In this document: one piece after another, positions 33,535-43,697 of the stretch | Numbering within the stretch: position 1 is the first letter of the stretch | Layout: each line of letters opens with the position of its first letter | Virus record (IMG/VR): IMGVR_UViG_3300020156_000022 | Coordinates: 32,001-96,000 of that record | DNA: 64,000 nt | Strand: one strand, 5' to 3' | DNA from: a virus | The notes under the pieces: generated by a model | What the model saw: the letters and a program-made list of their open reading frames with translations, nothing else | Databases searched by the model: none | Told to the model about the DNA's origin: nothing | Translations under genes and position numbers: made by a program

Positions 33535-34491
33535 TTACCACAAACAGATTAACGCTTCCAATACTCCTACTTTGGCTCCATCTCGCATAGCGCCATCGAT
33601 TGTTGCTAAAAGCTGACGACAATACTTAATCTTTTTGTCGTCGTAATCTCTAACAACCGGTTTAAACTTTTTGATAAGAAAGATTTTAATCCCTGTAGTA
33701 GCTGCGATATCTCCGTCATACATTCGCCTACGAACGCATCTGCCAATTTCTGAAATCATAGTTAGTCTACTGTCTAGTCTAGCTACTACTCTAGAAACTT
33801 CATCTTCAGAAATTGTTTTCAGCGCAGTATACGCAGCAACTTTATCTTGTGTAATTAAATAATCTGCGAAGGAATCCAAAGCCAATTCTTCAGATAACAA
33901 TGCTAAAGCTTTAGCATTAGGTGATCCCTGCCATAAATGTACCTTACGCAGTACATTATATAGCTCTGCGGTATCACCTGAGGTTCGTTCTATAAGTTCT
34001 TTTGCTGCATTACTAGTTAATCCATAACTAGTAACCCATTTCATTAGGTCTTCATCATTAGGCATAGAACATCTGATGAATTTACCTTTAGTCCTTATCA
34101 GTTCAATATGTTCAGCGTAAGTGACTTTTTTACCCTTACTGAAAATTGCTGAAGCGTCACTCTGGTAAGATATTAGAAGTAAATAATTTTTTGGATTACT
34201 TCTTGAATTCGCTAGCCAATCATAAATGCCTGACCAATCGGAAATCTGCTCAGCGTTCCTGATTATAGTAAGTCTGTTTGCTTCAGGATCAAGCGGGTAT
34301 TGGCTGATAGATTCCCAAGTAATCTCGTCTTGACCTGCGTCAAGATTAATAAAATCAGTAGCAGGTGCCTGCAAGATATTCTTAATGTCATCTATCACCA
34401 GCTCAACTAAAGTAAACTGATCTCCACAAACATACGTTACTTTTGAGACATCTTGTTTTCTGGCATATCCCTGCCACTGATTAAAGTTCAT
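33535..34491 (-). CDS. DNA polymerase III delta (HolA)-like clamp-loader subunit
   Basis: VTYVCGD..L, RLTIIRNAE, LIERTSGD..ELYN.L.K, C-terminal collar pattern. Confidence 0.6.
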   Translation of the reverse strand: MNFNQWQGYARKQDVSKVTYVCGDQFTLVELVIDDIKNILQAPATDFINLDAGQDEITWESISQYPLDPEANRLTIIRNAEQISDWSGIYDWLANSRSNPKNYLLLISYQSDASAIFSKGKKVTYAEHIELIRTKGKFIRCSMPNDEDLMKWVTSYGLTSNAAKELIERTSGDTAELYNVLRKVHLWQGSPNAKALALLSEELALDSFADYLITQDKVAAYTALKTISEDEVSRVVARLDSRLTMISEIGRCVRRRMYDGDIAATTGIKIFLIKKFKPVVRDYDDKKIKYCRQLLATIDGAMRDGAKVGVLEALICLW

Positions 34492-34794
34492 CTACTGTCC
34501 TGGAACAAATAACTTAGCTGGATTGACATTGCCTACGCCTTGCATAAGCTGTGCTTCGCGAACAACCTTTAAGGTTTTTTCTAATTCAGCCTTCATGCGA
34601 ATCTGATAATTTCTTTCAAATACCAGACGGGCACCCTCATCTAGGAAAGTATCAATAAATACCTCAAGTTTGATGAGGGCAATTCCAGCTAAATCAATTT
34701 CTCCAGGAATACCACGAGCCTTATCCTTATTACTCTGGGCTAGGCGTTCAATATCCTTTTTTATCTCTTCCAAGTTTATTTCTTCTGAAGCCAC
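34492..34794 (-). CDS. hypothetical protein (start likely GTG 34794)
   Basis: Helical ORF between the delta and delta' homologues. Confidence 0.55.
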   Translation of the reverse strand: MASEEINLEEIKKDIERLAQSNKDKARGIPGEIDLAGIALIKLEVFIDTFLDEGARLVFERNYQIRMKAELEKTLKVVREAQLMQGVGNVNPAKLFVPGQ

Positions 34795-34796
34795 AA

Positions 34797-35582
34797 TTAT
34801 CCTTTCATAAGTGCTTCTAATGCTACACGCACAGCAAGCTGCGGCCGTGCTGATGCTACTGTACTCCACATGCCGAGAATCTTCAAGGCCAACATCCGAT
34901 CAGCAAAAGGTCCTAGTAATTTGGGAGAATACAATTTCCAGTTTTGACTAGCAGATTCCTGTAACATGTCTATAATAACAGAAGCTACTCCTTCATCAAC
35001 AGCCTTATAAGCTTGACAGAATAATACATAATCTTGACTCTCTACAGCCTGCAAGACATTAATTGCTGTAAGCTGTAGGGTGGAATTTCTATACGCATCC
35101 ATAGCCAAGTCAACTCGACCTAAAGTACTTACTCTTTTAGCTTCTTCCTCAGGCAAGCCTTTCTCGATAAGAATAGTAAAAAGTTCATCAGGTTTTAGCA
35201 GACCTACAGAGTATTTTTGTCCTCTGGTACGCAGAGTGGCAGGGAGACGATTTGAACTAATTAGAGAAAATCTGGCGTACGTTGGAGGCTGTTCTAGAGT
35301 CTTAAGAAGCTTATCCATAGCCCTGTCTGTTGCTAAGTCAAGATTAATAAGAGCAAACTTTAAATTCCTGACAGGATAGGTTGCCATAAAATCTTTAACC
35401 CTGATAGCTTCTTCAACTGTTAAATGAGAAATCTCCGTAAAATCTACTCTGGCGATATTGTTTTTGATTGCTGCATAAGTAGCAATCATTCTTTTGCCTA
35501 CAGAAGGAGGCCCGGTAATAATAGAAACCGGGGGCAACTGTGAGCTTAATGCTCCAATTACCCCCTGGTGACCTACAAGCAT
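34797..35582 (-). CDS. DNA polymerase III delta' (HolB)-like AAA+ subunit
   Basis: LVGHQ, GPPSVGK, AMDKLLKTLEQPP, LPATLRTRG. Confidence 0.8.
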   Translation of the reverse strand: MLVGHQGVIGALSSQLPPVSIITGPPSVGKRMIATYAAIKNNIARVDFTEISHLTVEEAIRVKDFMATYPVRNLKFALINLDLATDRAMDKLLKTLEQPPTYARFSLISSNRLPATLRTRGQKYSVGLLKPDELFTILIEKGLPEEEAKRVSTLGRVDLAMDAYRNSTLQLTAINVLQAVESQDYVLFCQAYKAVDEGVASVIIDMLQESASQNWKLYSPKLLGPFADRMLALKILGMWSTVASARPQLAVRVALEALMKG

Positions 35583-35588
35583 ATTTTC

Positions 35589-35978
35589 TTATCCTTCGAA
35601 ATGCTGAGTTTCGTTTGGGTTTACATAAGTTTCGCCTGGTTGCGTTACTGGGCTAGCATCCCCAGGCATATCACGTCCAGCCCAAGTTTCAGCTTGCTCA
35701 ATAGGTTCTTTACGTGGACGACCACGACGTTTTGGCTCAGGCTTTTCTACAGCGCTATACTCATCAGCTAGAGTATTAAGCAAACTCTTACCAACAACAA
35801 AGCTATCTCCACCATCAACAGGAGCAAGCCTATATCCAGTTTTTACCTTATAGCCTAATGGAGTAGCTACAGCTTCGTCTGATTTAAATTCCTCAACTAC
35901 AGTGAATTGCTTACCTGCAAACAATTCATCCATACGAGCTTTACGAGTACTATGCCACTTAGTATTTTTTTCTGCCAT
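35589..35978 (-). CDS. hypothetical protein with an AT-hook motif
   Basis: KRRGRPRK. Confidence 0.6.
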   Translation of the reverse strand: MAEKNTKWHSTRKARMDELFAGKQFTVVEEFKSDEAVATPLGYKVKTGYRLAPVDGGDSFVVGKSLLNTLADEYSAVEKPEPKRRGRPRKEPIEQAETWAGRDMPGDASPVTQPGETYVNPNETQHFEG

Positions 35979-36211
35979 ATTACACCTCTCTCAGTAGTAG
36001 CAAGCGCTACTTACTTTAAAATCGGTGGAATATGACTTTTTCCTGTCTGTCGAATCTCCTGAATATCAGTGAAAAGCTCATGAGCTATACCTTTATAGAG
36101 GGATTCGTGTTGATCATGCTCCGCAGCAGCTTGGCAATACCTGACATATAGAACTACTTCTAAATTCAGTAATTCGGCGACATCGTTGTCCATCGAGAAA
36201 ATCCTTAACAG

Positions 36212-36670
36212 CTAATCTTCAGCATTCAACATGCTAACGGTTTTAGAATAATTAAGTATCTCCTTGTAATCCCAATTGTTTATCGTACAAGTATGTCTAA
36301 ATATAGACAACGCTAAACGCTGAAGTTCTACACGATCAATACCTAAAGCATAGGAGCCTATAGCCTGCGCATGCTGAATCCAGTGTTTGGGACACATGGT
36401 TAACCTTAGATTAAATGAGTCTAACATCACAGGATCGTACCTGTCAAGATATTCTCCTTGCATCCCCATCTTGGTCAGTGTCAACTCTAGTAACGCATAT
36501 ATTTGAGGAGTAAATTCTAGAGTTGTCAGAAGACCACAACAATCTGACGGATAACTTTGTATAAGCTGCTGAAAGAACTCAAACTCAGTTTGCGAATCAT
36601 GTACTGTCATTTGACAACTCATAGCTTCTCCAACATATCTTTCATAACCTTCTTGCAGACAGTCAACCAT
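36212..36670 (-). CDS. hypothetical protein
   Basis: ORF downstream of the primase Zn domain. Confidence 0.55.
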   Translation of the reverse strand: MVDCLQEGYERYVGEAMSCQMTVHDSQTEFEFFQQLIQSYPSDCCGLLTTLEFTPQIYALLELTLTKMGMQGEYLDRYDPVMLDSFNLRLTMCPKHWIQHAQAIGSYALGIDRVELQRLALSIFRHTCTINNWDYKEILNYSKTVSMLNAED

Positions 36671-37188
36671 TTGACTGCGTCTTCGTCTGTCTTAACAACA
36701 CTAAGTAAATCAAGGCATTGATTAAGTTTACTAGCAATAGTATCTTCTAATTGCTTAGAAGCCCAGTCTGTAATAATTCCAGAGCAATACATTTTCAAAG
36801 CATCAGCCAAAGCTAATATATCAGGATTTTCATGAGGTTTAATAGTAGCCTCTTCCCAGCGCTCTTCAAGAGACTTGGGAGCATATCCAATATCCTCTAG
36901 CAAAATAAAAGCTGCATTCTGCCAAGAACAATCTCTCTTAGCTGCGGTAAGTGTAACAGGTGAATACCGCTTACTGCAAGAAAAACAATAAGCGGTATTA
37001 CTATTACCATATACACGCATAGCTTTAGAGATTCCTCCGTCTGAATGATAGAACCCAAAAGGACAATAAACCTTTTTGTTTCCCCCATTTCGGACAGATT
37101 CTGGTACTGCTATACCTAAACTTGTCAGAACATCAGCGATATGTACGCGCTCATTTGCTTCGTCTATCCATGACTTCTGACGCAACAT
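36619..37188 (-). CDS. primase-type CHC2 zinc-finger protein (no TOPRIM)
   Basis: CPF..H.D...AMRVY..AYCFSC. Confidence 0.7.
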   Translation of the reverse strand: MLRQKSWIDEANERVHIADVLTSLGIAVPESVRNGGNKKVYCPFGFYHSDGGISKAMRVYGNSNTAYCFSCSKRYSPVTLTAAKRDCSWQNAAFILLEDIGYAPKSLEERWEEATIKPHENPDILALADALKMYCSGIITDWASKQLEDTIASKLNQCLDLLSVVKTDEDAVKWLTVCKKVMKDMLEKL

Positions 37189-37190
37189 AA

Positions 37191-37394
37191 TTAGTGAACC
37201 TCAGCTCCTACTGCTTGAGTAGTCAGAAGTGTACGAATATCAATACTAATAGCCCAGCCATCGGCATCGAGAGCATCTCCTAGTTTGGTAGTGTGATGCC
37301 CACAAAAATCCAATTCGGCAGAACCTTTATTAAATCGTACATAAGCTTGCGCGCCACAACGGTCACACCTATCAGTACTTACTAATGAATCCAT
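37191..37394 (-). CDS. small actinobacterial-type Zn protein
   Basis: DRCDRCGAQAYVR..LDFCGHH. Confidence 0.65.
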   Translation of the reverse strand: MDSLVSTDRCDRCGAQAYVRFNKGSAELDFCGHHTTKLGDALDADGWAISIDIRTLLTTQAVGAEVH

Positions 37395-37437
37395 TTTCTG
37401 CCCCTTTCCAAGTGGCTAGTATACAGGAAATATCGGA

Positions 37438-38919
37438 TCACAGGTCAAACAGGCTAACAGAGTTTGTTGCCATGAAACTACCTAGATCTCGATTTGCTTC
37501 GAATGCTCCGTTAGAGGCAGAAGCAAAGTAGCTCGTTGCGTAGTCTACAGTAAGATCGATGCCGTGCACAACTTCACCATCACGATTCTTGACAATCTGG
37601 GCCTTAAGGTCAGAAATCCGAGTCTTTTCCATCGGCTCAAGAATAGTAATAACTATATCAGATGAAGCTGACGCTTCTGCCGTTTCAGCCAAAGCTGAGG
37701 AATTGTAATAACCAGCATCCTGCGCTTCCTTCCAAGATTGCCTGTTAGTCTGCCAGGGAGAGACAATAGGAATTCCACGACCATCATCAAAGGTAGTAGC
37801 AAACTGCTTTACCTCCTTGAGGGATTCCGCCAGCTCTTCACGGGTAGTTCCAAACCTGCGATCAGGTTTGAGAAGATTGATCGAGTCAATAACCAACAGA
37901 TCAACATTAAATTCTCTTTGAAACCTATTTACCTTAGCTTCTGATGTTCCGATAGTAGCATTCCTAGGAACCTGAACAATCACCAACTTTCCATAATTAG
38001 GATTGTTAGTGAAGTCATCCACGATGGCGCGGAATATTTCCAACTTGTCCTTAGGGAAAAACTCGATTCCCTTTTTGATATCGTTAGAGTTAATTCCTTC
38101 AGGTAAATCAAATTGCGGATGTCGAGAATGTCTAGCCAGTAGACGCCTTCTTACTTGAGGGCGAAGAGTTTCTGTGGTAAGAATAACTACATTCTTACCT
38201 TGCTCAATAGCTGCACTCCATGTCAATTGAGTTGAACCTAATGTACTCTTGCCGCTAGACGTATATCCAACTACCAAGTCTAGTTCCCCTGGATAGAGCC
38301 CATTAATATGCCTATCAATAGCCGGAATGCCAAACTTAATTCCACCTGCTGCACGAGGGGAGGTGAATTCTTCCCAAATTTCATTGTTTTCCTCGCGAGC
38401 ATCACCTTCTGGAGATTCTTGCATAGAAAGTTCGCGATCAATTTCGGCAAACTTTTCCAATACTACTGAACGAGCATCTTTGTGCCCGAACAAATCAATG
38501 CCCTTAGCACCCTTGGCCCCTCTATTAAGAACTTCCATTCCTAAAGTAATAGCTTCTGCTGTTTTCTTTTCAGCAGACAATTCCTTTAGTTGTTCAATAC
38601 TCCATCTAAAGTCATCATCTCTAATGACTTGCTTAGCAAGCGTATCGTAAGTTTCTAGATAAAGTGCTTGACGGCCAGCGTCGATACCCTTATTTACTAG
38701 AAGATCTTCTAGTGCTGCACGACTTAAGATTCCTCTTGCTGCTTCAAGATAACGTGAAAGCAAAAGGAATAATGTTTTGTATTGAGCATCAGGAAAATGT
38801 ACTTCGGTTAGTTGGTTAAATGCTCGATCAAGTAACTGAAGTCGTTCATTATATGGGCGGTCTTCAGATAGAATTGCTCCTAGAACAACTTTACTATGTT
38901 CTAAGGATGTACGAGCCAC
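37438..38919 (-). CDS. DnaB-like replicative helicase
   Basis: GLYPGELDLVVGYTSSGKS, LVIDSINL, WQTNR, KNRDG. Confidence 0.9.
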   Translation of the reverse strand: MARTSLEHSKVVLGAILSEDRPYNERLQLLDRAFNQLTEVHFPDAQYKTLFLLLSRYLEAARGILSRAALEDLLVNKGIDAGRQALYLETYDTLAKQVIRDDDFRWSIEQLKELSAEKKTAEAITLGMEVLNRGAKGAKGIDLFGHKDARSVVLEKFAEIDRELSMQESPEGDAREENNEIWEEFTSPRAAGGIKFGIPAIDRHINGLYPGELDLVVGYTSSGKSTLGSTQLTWSAAIEQGKNVVILTTETLRPQVRRRLLARHSRHPQFDLPEGINSNDIKKGIEFFPKDKLEIFRAIVDDFTNNPNYGKLVIVQVPRNATIGTSEAKVNRFQREFNVDLLVIDSINLLKPDRRFGTTREELAESLKEVKQFATTFDDGRGIPIVSPWQTNRQSWKEAQDAGYYNSSALAETAEASASSDIVITILEPMEKTRISDLKAQIVKNRDGEVVHGIDLTVDYATSYFASASNGAFEANRDLGSFMATNSVSLFDL

Positions 38920-39177
38920 TTAGTTATCCTTTCGTACAAATGCTAGCACTTCAGTATCTCTGGGATAGAAACCTTCATTTGACTCCCCTGCGGCTACATA
39001 CCACATATCATCGCAAGAGTGAAATACACTTGATACTAGCCCTTTACCTGCTAATAAATCATCTTTTTGAAGGTCCTGTACTTTAATATTGCGCCATTCA
39101 CGGTCTACTGCTTGTCCTGCGGTAGCAGTAGGGCGGCCAAAACCTTTTCTAGATTTTTTACTTTTAAATTGCCCCAC
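38920..39177 (-). CDS. hypothetical protein
   Basis: Translationally coupled ORF. Confidence 0.55.
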   Translation of the reverse strand: MGQFKSKKSRKGFGRPTATAGQAVDREWRNIKVQDLQKDDLLAGKGLVSSVFHSCDDMWYVAAGESNEGFYPRDTEVLAFVRKDN

Positions 39178-39619
39178 TTGTCAAACCTCCTGTTGATCCG
39201 TGGCCTGATTCGCCACGTTCAGTTGAGTCTAGCTCATCTACTTCCAAAAAGCTAGCTTGCTCATGCCTCTGGAATACAATCTGAGCAATTCTGTCCCCTT
39301 TTGCGATGTTCACAGGAACAGAACCCAAATTTATCAGGTTAACAAATATTTGTCCTCGATAACCAGAATCGATGGTTCCAGGAGAATTAAGAAGAGTAAC
39401 AGCATTTTGTGCTGCCAACCCGGAACGAGGTTGTACTAAACCTACCCAGCCTACCGGCATAGCAATAGCAATTCCTGTTGCAAACAGATGCCATGCACCA
39501 GGCATCAATTCAGCAGCCTCAAAACTATAAAGATCTGCTCCTGCATCTCCCTTGTAAGAATAATTCGGAATAATAGCTTCCGGATATAACTTTTTTATCT
39601 TAACCATATTTCCATACAT
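39164..39619 (-). CDS. dut: dUTPase
   Basis: DAGADL, PRSGLA, GTIDSGYRG, RIAQ, RGESGHGSTG. Confidence 0.95.
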   Translation of the reverse strand: MYGNMVKIKKLYPEAIIPNYSYKGDAGADLYSFEAAELMPGAWHLFATGIAIAMPVGWVGLVQPRSGLAAQNAVTLLNSPGTIDSGYRGQIFVNLINLGSVPVNIAKGDRIAQIVFQRHEQASFLEVDELDSTERGESGHGSTGGLTSGAI

Positions 39620-39621
39620 TT

Positions 39622-40341
39622 TTATCCTCTTTCCAAGGCTGCGGCAGTCATTGCGTCTTTCACAGCGACAACTCCGAGAGCGTGTAGTTGTGATACTCGT
39701 GACTCTTCTAGTGCTAGCTCTTCTGCTACTCTACGCAAATCCATTTTACCATAATAACGTAGTGCTAAAATTACTTGAATCTCTGGGGGCAAATTTTCTA
39801 CTGTTGATGTCAAAATAGTCAACATATCACGTGAAAATGCTGCGCCCTCAGTATCGATAGAGTCTTGCAACTCAGGAACTACTGAAGCATTATCTTGCAC
39901 ACTATTACTAAAGTGAGCTTCAAGACTAATAGGTCGTGCAGATAGTCGAGCGTAAACTTTATTAATTTCAACTACAGACATACCTGTTTTTTCTGCTAAT
40001 TCTTCTATAGGTATGCCTTCATCCTGCCCTGCGTCTTTTAGCTTTTTAGCTTTGCTCCTGAGGGTTCTCGTAGCCCAATCCTCGCGTCTGATGTGGTCAC
40101 GAATTGTGCCTCTGATCCTAAGACTGGCAAATACTTTAAAAAATTGCACTGCCTTAGGATCATAGCCATTCTTCTCACAATAAGGTACCCAACGATTGGC
40201 TGCGTCGGTAAGTCCTTCGTATGCTAACGAAACCATATCATCTAACTTGAGCGCATGAGTAGCTGTCCGCCATTCTCTATTAGCTATAGTCTTAGCTAAA
40301 TCTAAGTGATTTAAAATAAGCGAATCTTTATCGTAACTCAT
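39622..40341 (-). CDS. FliA/WhiG-like (sigma28) RNA polymerase sigma factor
   Basis: DDMVSLAYEGLTDAA..FKVFASLRIRGTIRDHIRREDW..ESRVSQLH. Confidence 0.9.
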   Translation of the reverse strand: MSYDKDSLILNHLDLAKTIANREWRTATHALKLDDMVSLAYEGLTDAANRWVPYCEKNGYDPKAVQFFKVFASLRIRGTIRDHIRREDWATRTLRSKAKKLKDAGQDEGIPIEELAEKTGMSVVEINKVYARLSARPISLEAHFSNSVQDNASVVPELQDSIDTEGAAFSRDMLTILTSTVENLPPEIQVILALRYYGKMDLRRVAEELALEESRVSQLHALGVVAVKDAMTAAALERG

Positions 40342-41948
40342 CTCCCAGCCCCTCCAATCATATTCAACATTGCCAGAGGGGACAGAGCATCAAATAGCTC
40401 ACTTCGGCTATCCCAGATAAAGTCAATCAGAGCTTGCTCACGTTCTAATGCTGGCAAATATCTCTCTTCTTGAGTACCTACGGTCAATAAATTGTGCACA
40501 TAAACAGAACTATACTTCGACCCATCGCGACGGATGCGGCCTGCAAGCTGTTCCATACGTGAAGGATTCATAATCATGTCAACATTAATCAAATGGCGAG
40601 CTACTTGAAGATTAAGTGACTGCTCAATAGAAGTAGTCCCAATCAATACTCGACAGTTGGGATCATTCCAGAATTGCTGCTGCGCTGCAAAACGATCAGC
40701 GTTATTCTTAGTCTCGCCCCAAATAGTAGAAAAGCCTACACCAGCTCTACTCAATCTGGATTGAAGTGCTCGAACGCCGTTTTTAAAATTAATAAATACT
40801 ACGACCTTCTCATCAGAAAGATCACCATCAACTAGCTTCTCTTCAACCCAGTCAAGCTTTACTGAGGTGTTAGGACCATCAGGCTCTCCTAATGTAGCCA
40901 ACCCTCCGCAGATTTGCGCACCATAAAGGAATTTAGCAATAGCGGTGGCTCGCTTTACTTCTTCACCCTGAGTTTTTATGATTCTTAAAACACCTTGCTG
41001 GAGTTCTCGATATTTATCCATTTGAGCTTTGTACGGCTCAAGAAATACATTAGTTGGGATAACCGCTGGTAGGTCGACATCATCAATATCGTTAGCAGTC
41101 CTTCGCAAAGCCAGATGCTTTGTTTTTTCCTTAAATTCAGGAAGGTTCTTATACCCCACTACTTTACGTTTAGTACTAATCTTACCTGTAGAAGAAACTT
41201 CATTCACCAATTCCTTTTGCAGATATCTGCGCTCAAACGAAACTGGTGAGCCAAGAACTTCTCGGGCACCAAGTAGGGAAAGAATATTGTAAAGATCTTG
41301 TAGCCTCTTTTGCAGAGGGGTTCCTGTGAGTACATAGATGTGCGGAGATCTTCTAGTAATACGCCCCACAGCATAAGCTGTTGCTGTATCACCATTTCTA
41401 AGCGCATCAACATCGTCAATAAATACAGCTTGGAAATTAAACGCCATATCAAGTTGTTCTAGATCGTTAATCAAAATAATAGGGTTTACAACACAGATTT
41501 CCCATTCTGTAAAATACTTTTCCCTGCGCTTTTCTTTTGGACCTTCTGCAACAATCACCTTAGTATCTTTCAACAAACGATTAAGTTGCATTTCCCATTG
41601 CGGCACAGCAGCAGGGCGGCATACTACTAGAATTCTCCCGCCATCAGCTAATTCATTAGCCTCTTTCAATACAGCAGCGGTTCCGGCCGCCTGAATAGTC
41701 TTTCCGGTTCCAACGCTGTCAGCAAGCAATCCGAGTCCAGCCGTATAAAGCCAGGCTACTCCCACTCGCTGATGCTTACGAAAAACAACCCCACACTGCT
41801 GACAGGTGGGGTCTAAATCTTCATGCTCTTCGCAAGGGGAGCTATTAAAATATTTTAGATCAGGAAGTTCAATGTCTGTAACATTCCTAATTCTCTCTGC
41901 TACCGCTTTCCTTTTGGCAGTCGATAGCTTATTGATCTCAAATAGCAC
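40338..41948 (-). CDS. SNF2-family helicase
   Basis: LLADSVGTGKT, DDVD (atypical motif II), LTGTPLQ, SLNLQ, QLAGRIRR. Confidence 0.85.
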   Translation of the reverse strand: MLFEINKLSTAKRKAVAERIRNVTDIELPDLKYFNSSPCEEHEDLDPTCQQCGVVFRKHQRVGVAWLYTAGLGLLADSVGTGKTIQAAGTAAVLKEANELADGGRILVVCRPAAVPQWEMQLNRLLKDTKVIVAEGPKEKRREKYFTEWEICVVNPIILINDLEQLDMAFNFQAVFIDDVDALRNGDTATAYAVGRITRRSPHIYVLTGTPLQKRLQDLYNILSLLGAREVLGSPVSFERRYLQKELVNEVSSTGKISTKRKVVGYKNLPEFKEKTKHLALRRTANDIDDVDLPAVIPTNVFLEPYKAQMDKYRELQQGVLRIIKTQGEEVKRATAIAKFLYGAQICGGLATLGEPDGPNTSVKLDWVEEKLVDGDLSDEKVVVFINFKNGVRALQSRLSRAGVGFSTIWGETKNNADRFAAQQQFWNDPNCRVLIGTTSIEQSLNLQVARHLINVDMIMNPSRMEQLAGRIRRDGSKYSSVYVHNLLTVGTQEERYLPALEREQALIDFIWDSRSELFDALSPLAMLNMIGGAGR

Positions 41949-42135
41949 AGTCGCCCCTAAAGTTTATTTTTCTTCTTATTAGCGTTGCGCTTCTTGTCAG
42001 AACGAGCCGACTCCAAGATATGTACGGCATACATTACGTCTTGCCCAAATGCGAGCAACGCTTCAGTTACTAGTGTATCATACTTGGCCCAGTCAGGACT
42101 AGGTTGTTCTTGGAGTCGGTTCGTCACGTATTACC

Positions 42136-42480
42136 TTACCTTACGTCTGTATCTGTAGTATTGCCTGGGACTAACTTTGGTGTGGCTTCAGTCTGATGAC
42201 GATCCAAAGCCTTAAGTGCGTCCTTACCAACAGATCCTAGAGATCCTACCACAGTACCTAGAACAATCTGAGACCATAGGCTCAACTGATCCAGGGAATG
42301 GTTAGCGATCTCAATACCCTGAGCAACGTCTACATGCGCGCCGATGAATACGACTGCGATACCAGATGCCCAGGCTAGAAGCTGAGTAAGAACAGCACTG
42401 GTGTCTCTACCACGAAGCTGTCGAACAAAATCCACAAGCTTCTTTGCAAATGCGGCTAGTAATGCCAGCTCTGCTCCCAT
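42136..42480 (-). CDS. holin-like membrane protein
   Basis: 2-3 hydrophobic helices, AGGAGG RBS, at the end of the tail module. Confidence 0.55.
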   Translation of the reverse strand: MGAELALLAAFAKKLVDFVRQLRGRDTSAVLTQLLAWASGIAVVFIGAHVDVAQGIEIANHSLDQLSLWSQIVLGTVVGSLGSVGKDALKALDRHQTEATPKLVPGNTTDTDVR

Positions 42481-42555
42481 TTTTCCTCCTTGAGTGGAGA
42501 TAAGCAAGTTTTACTTATCTGTAATTATAACAACAAAACTAGAATTGATCAAGTT

Positions 42556-43635
42556 TTAAGCAATCCTAGTTACAATTAACATTGTATATTGTTTCAATGT
42601 AGTTGTTCCTGTAGCAGAAATCTGTGCCCAGTTGATGGTAATGTTTCCTGAATCAGCCCCTACGATAATAATTCCTTTTTCGTGGAAAGAAATTGCTCCG
42701 ACAGTGGTATCAGTTCCATAACCAACATCAGTATTGAAAGCATAAGAACCTACACGAGTAGCTGTAGAATCTCGGCTCGTCATTGTTAAAGCTGGACCAG
42801 AAATCATTCTCTGTCCAACGCTTCCAGGTGGTGCCCACCAGTTAATACGGATATCTCCACCAGAAGACCCGTCAGCATGCCCAACTAATTCAACCTCATA
42901 AACGCCATTAGGTACTACAGGAATAATTAATTGAGGATCGAATGTTGGTGTAGTAGTTCCTGATCGAGAAAGGTCAGAGGTTTTATACGCTACTTGTCTC
43001 TTTCCGATTCCTCCAACATTCAGATTTCCCGCTAAGTTCAAGTCTCCTGTAAAGGTTCCATCTACATCCAAGTTTCCTGTAACCTGAACATTACTAAAGC
43101 TACTCGACCCTGTAACAGATAACTGATTCTGAAGGCTAAGATTTCCTGTAACTGCAAGCTGATTGCTTGTAGCACGATAGATCCTAGTTTCTGGTGCTGT
43201 AGTTCCTCCACCGATTCTGATGCCATCATGGTTGATTTCAAGAGAATGTGTTGCATGACTAGCTTGCTTGAATTTAAGCAGGGGAACAGAAGTAATAGTA
43301 GCTACTACAACGTCAAATATAGCGGCAGGAGAGGTAATACCTATACCAATTCTATTTGCTGTTCCCAACAGAATGTTGTTCAAGAAAGTAGCTCCGGCAT
43401 TTAGCAAATAATTCCAGGCTGATCCAACACGAAACTTTGCTCGCCCTGTGTCAGTCTCATATGAAGCAACTCCTTCATACATTACAGTAGGGTTGACCGC
43501 TGACGTAGACTGAACAAAGCCAACAGCGTTATCGAGCTTCTCAAGATTATCGTTAAGATCAGTAGCTACATTCATAGGTTCGCTACCATCGTCAGCAGGC
43601 ATATACATGCCTACTCTTGGTGTTGTGCTAGCCAC
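42556..43635 (-). CDS. minor tail protein
   Basis: TTPRVGM..DLNDNLEKLD N terminus; C-terminal domain similar to 49169..49993. Confidence 0.7.
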   Translation of the reverse strand: MASTTPRVGMYMPADDGSEPMNVATDLNDNLEKLDNAVGFVQSTSAVNPTVMYEGVASYETDTGRAKFRVGSAWNYLLNAGATFLNNILLGTANRIGIGITSPAAIFDVVVATITSVPLLKFKQASHATHSLEINHDGIRIGGGTTAPETRIYRATSNQLAVTGNLSLQNQLSVTGSSSFSNVQVTGNLDVDGTFTGDLNLAGNLNVGGIGKRQVAYKTSDLSRSGTTTPTFDPQLIIPVVPNGVYEVELVGHADGSSGGDIRINWWAPPGSVGQRMISGPALTMTSRDSTATRVGSYAFNTDVGYGTDTTVGAISFHEKGIIIVGADSGNITINWAQISATGTTTLKQYTMLIVTRIA

Positions 43636-43697
43636 TATTACCTCCTAGGTTCCCTTGTTAAATCGGCTAGAGTTGAAGTGTAGGTAAGTATATATTC

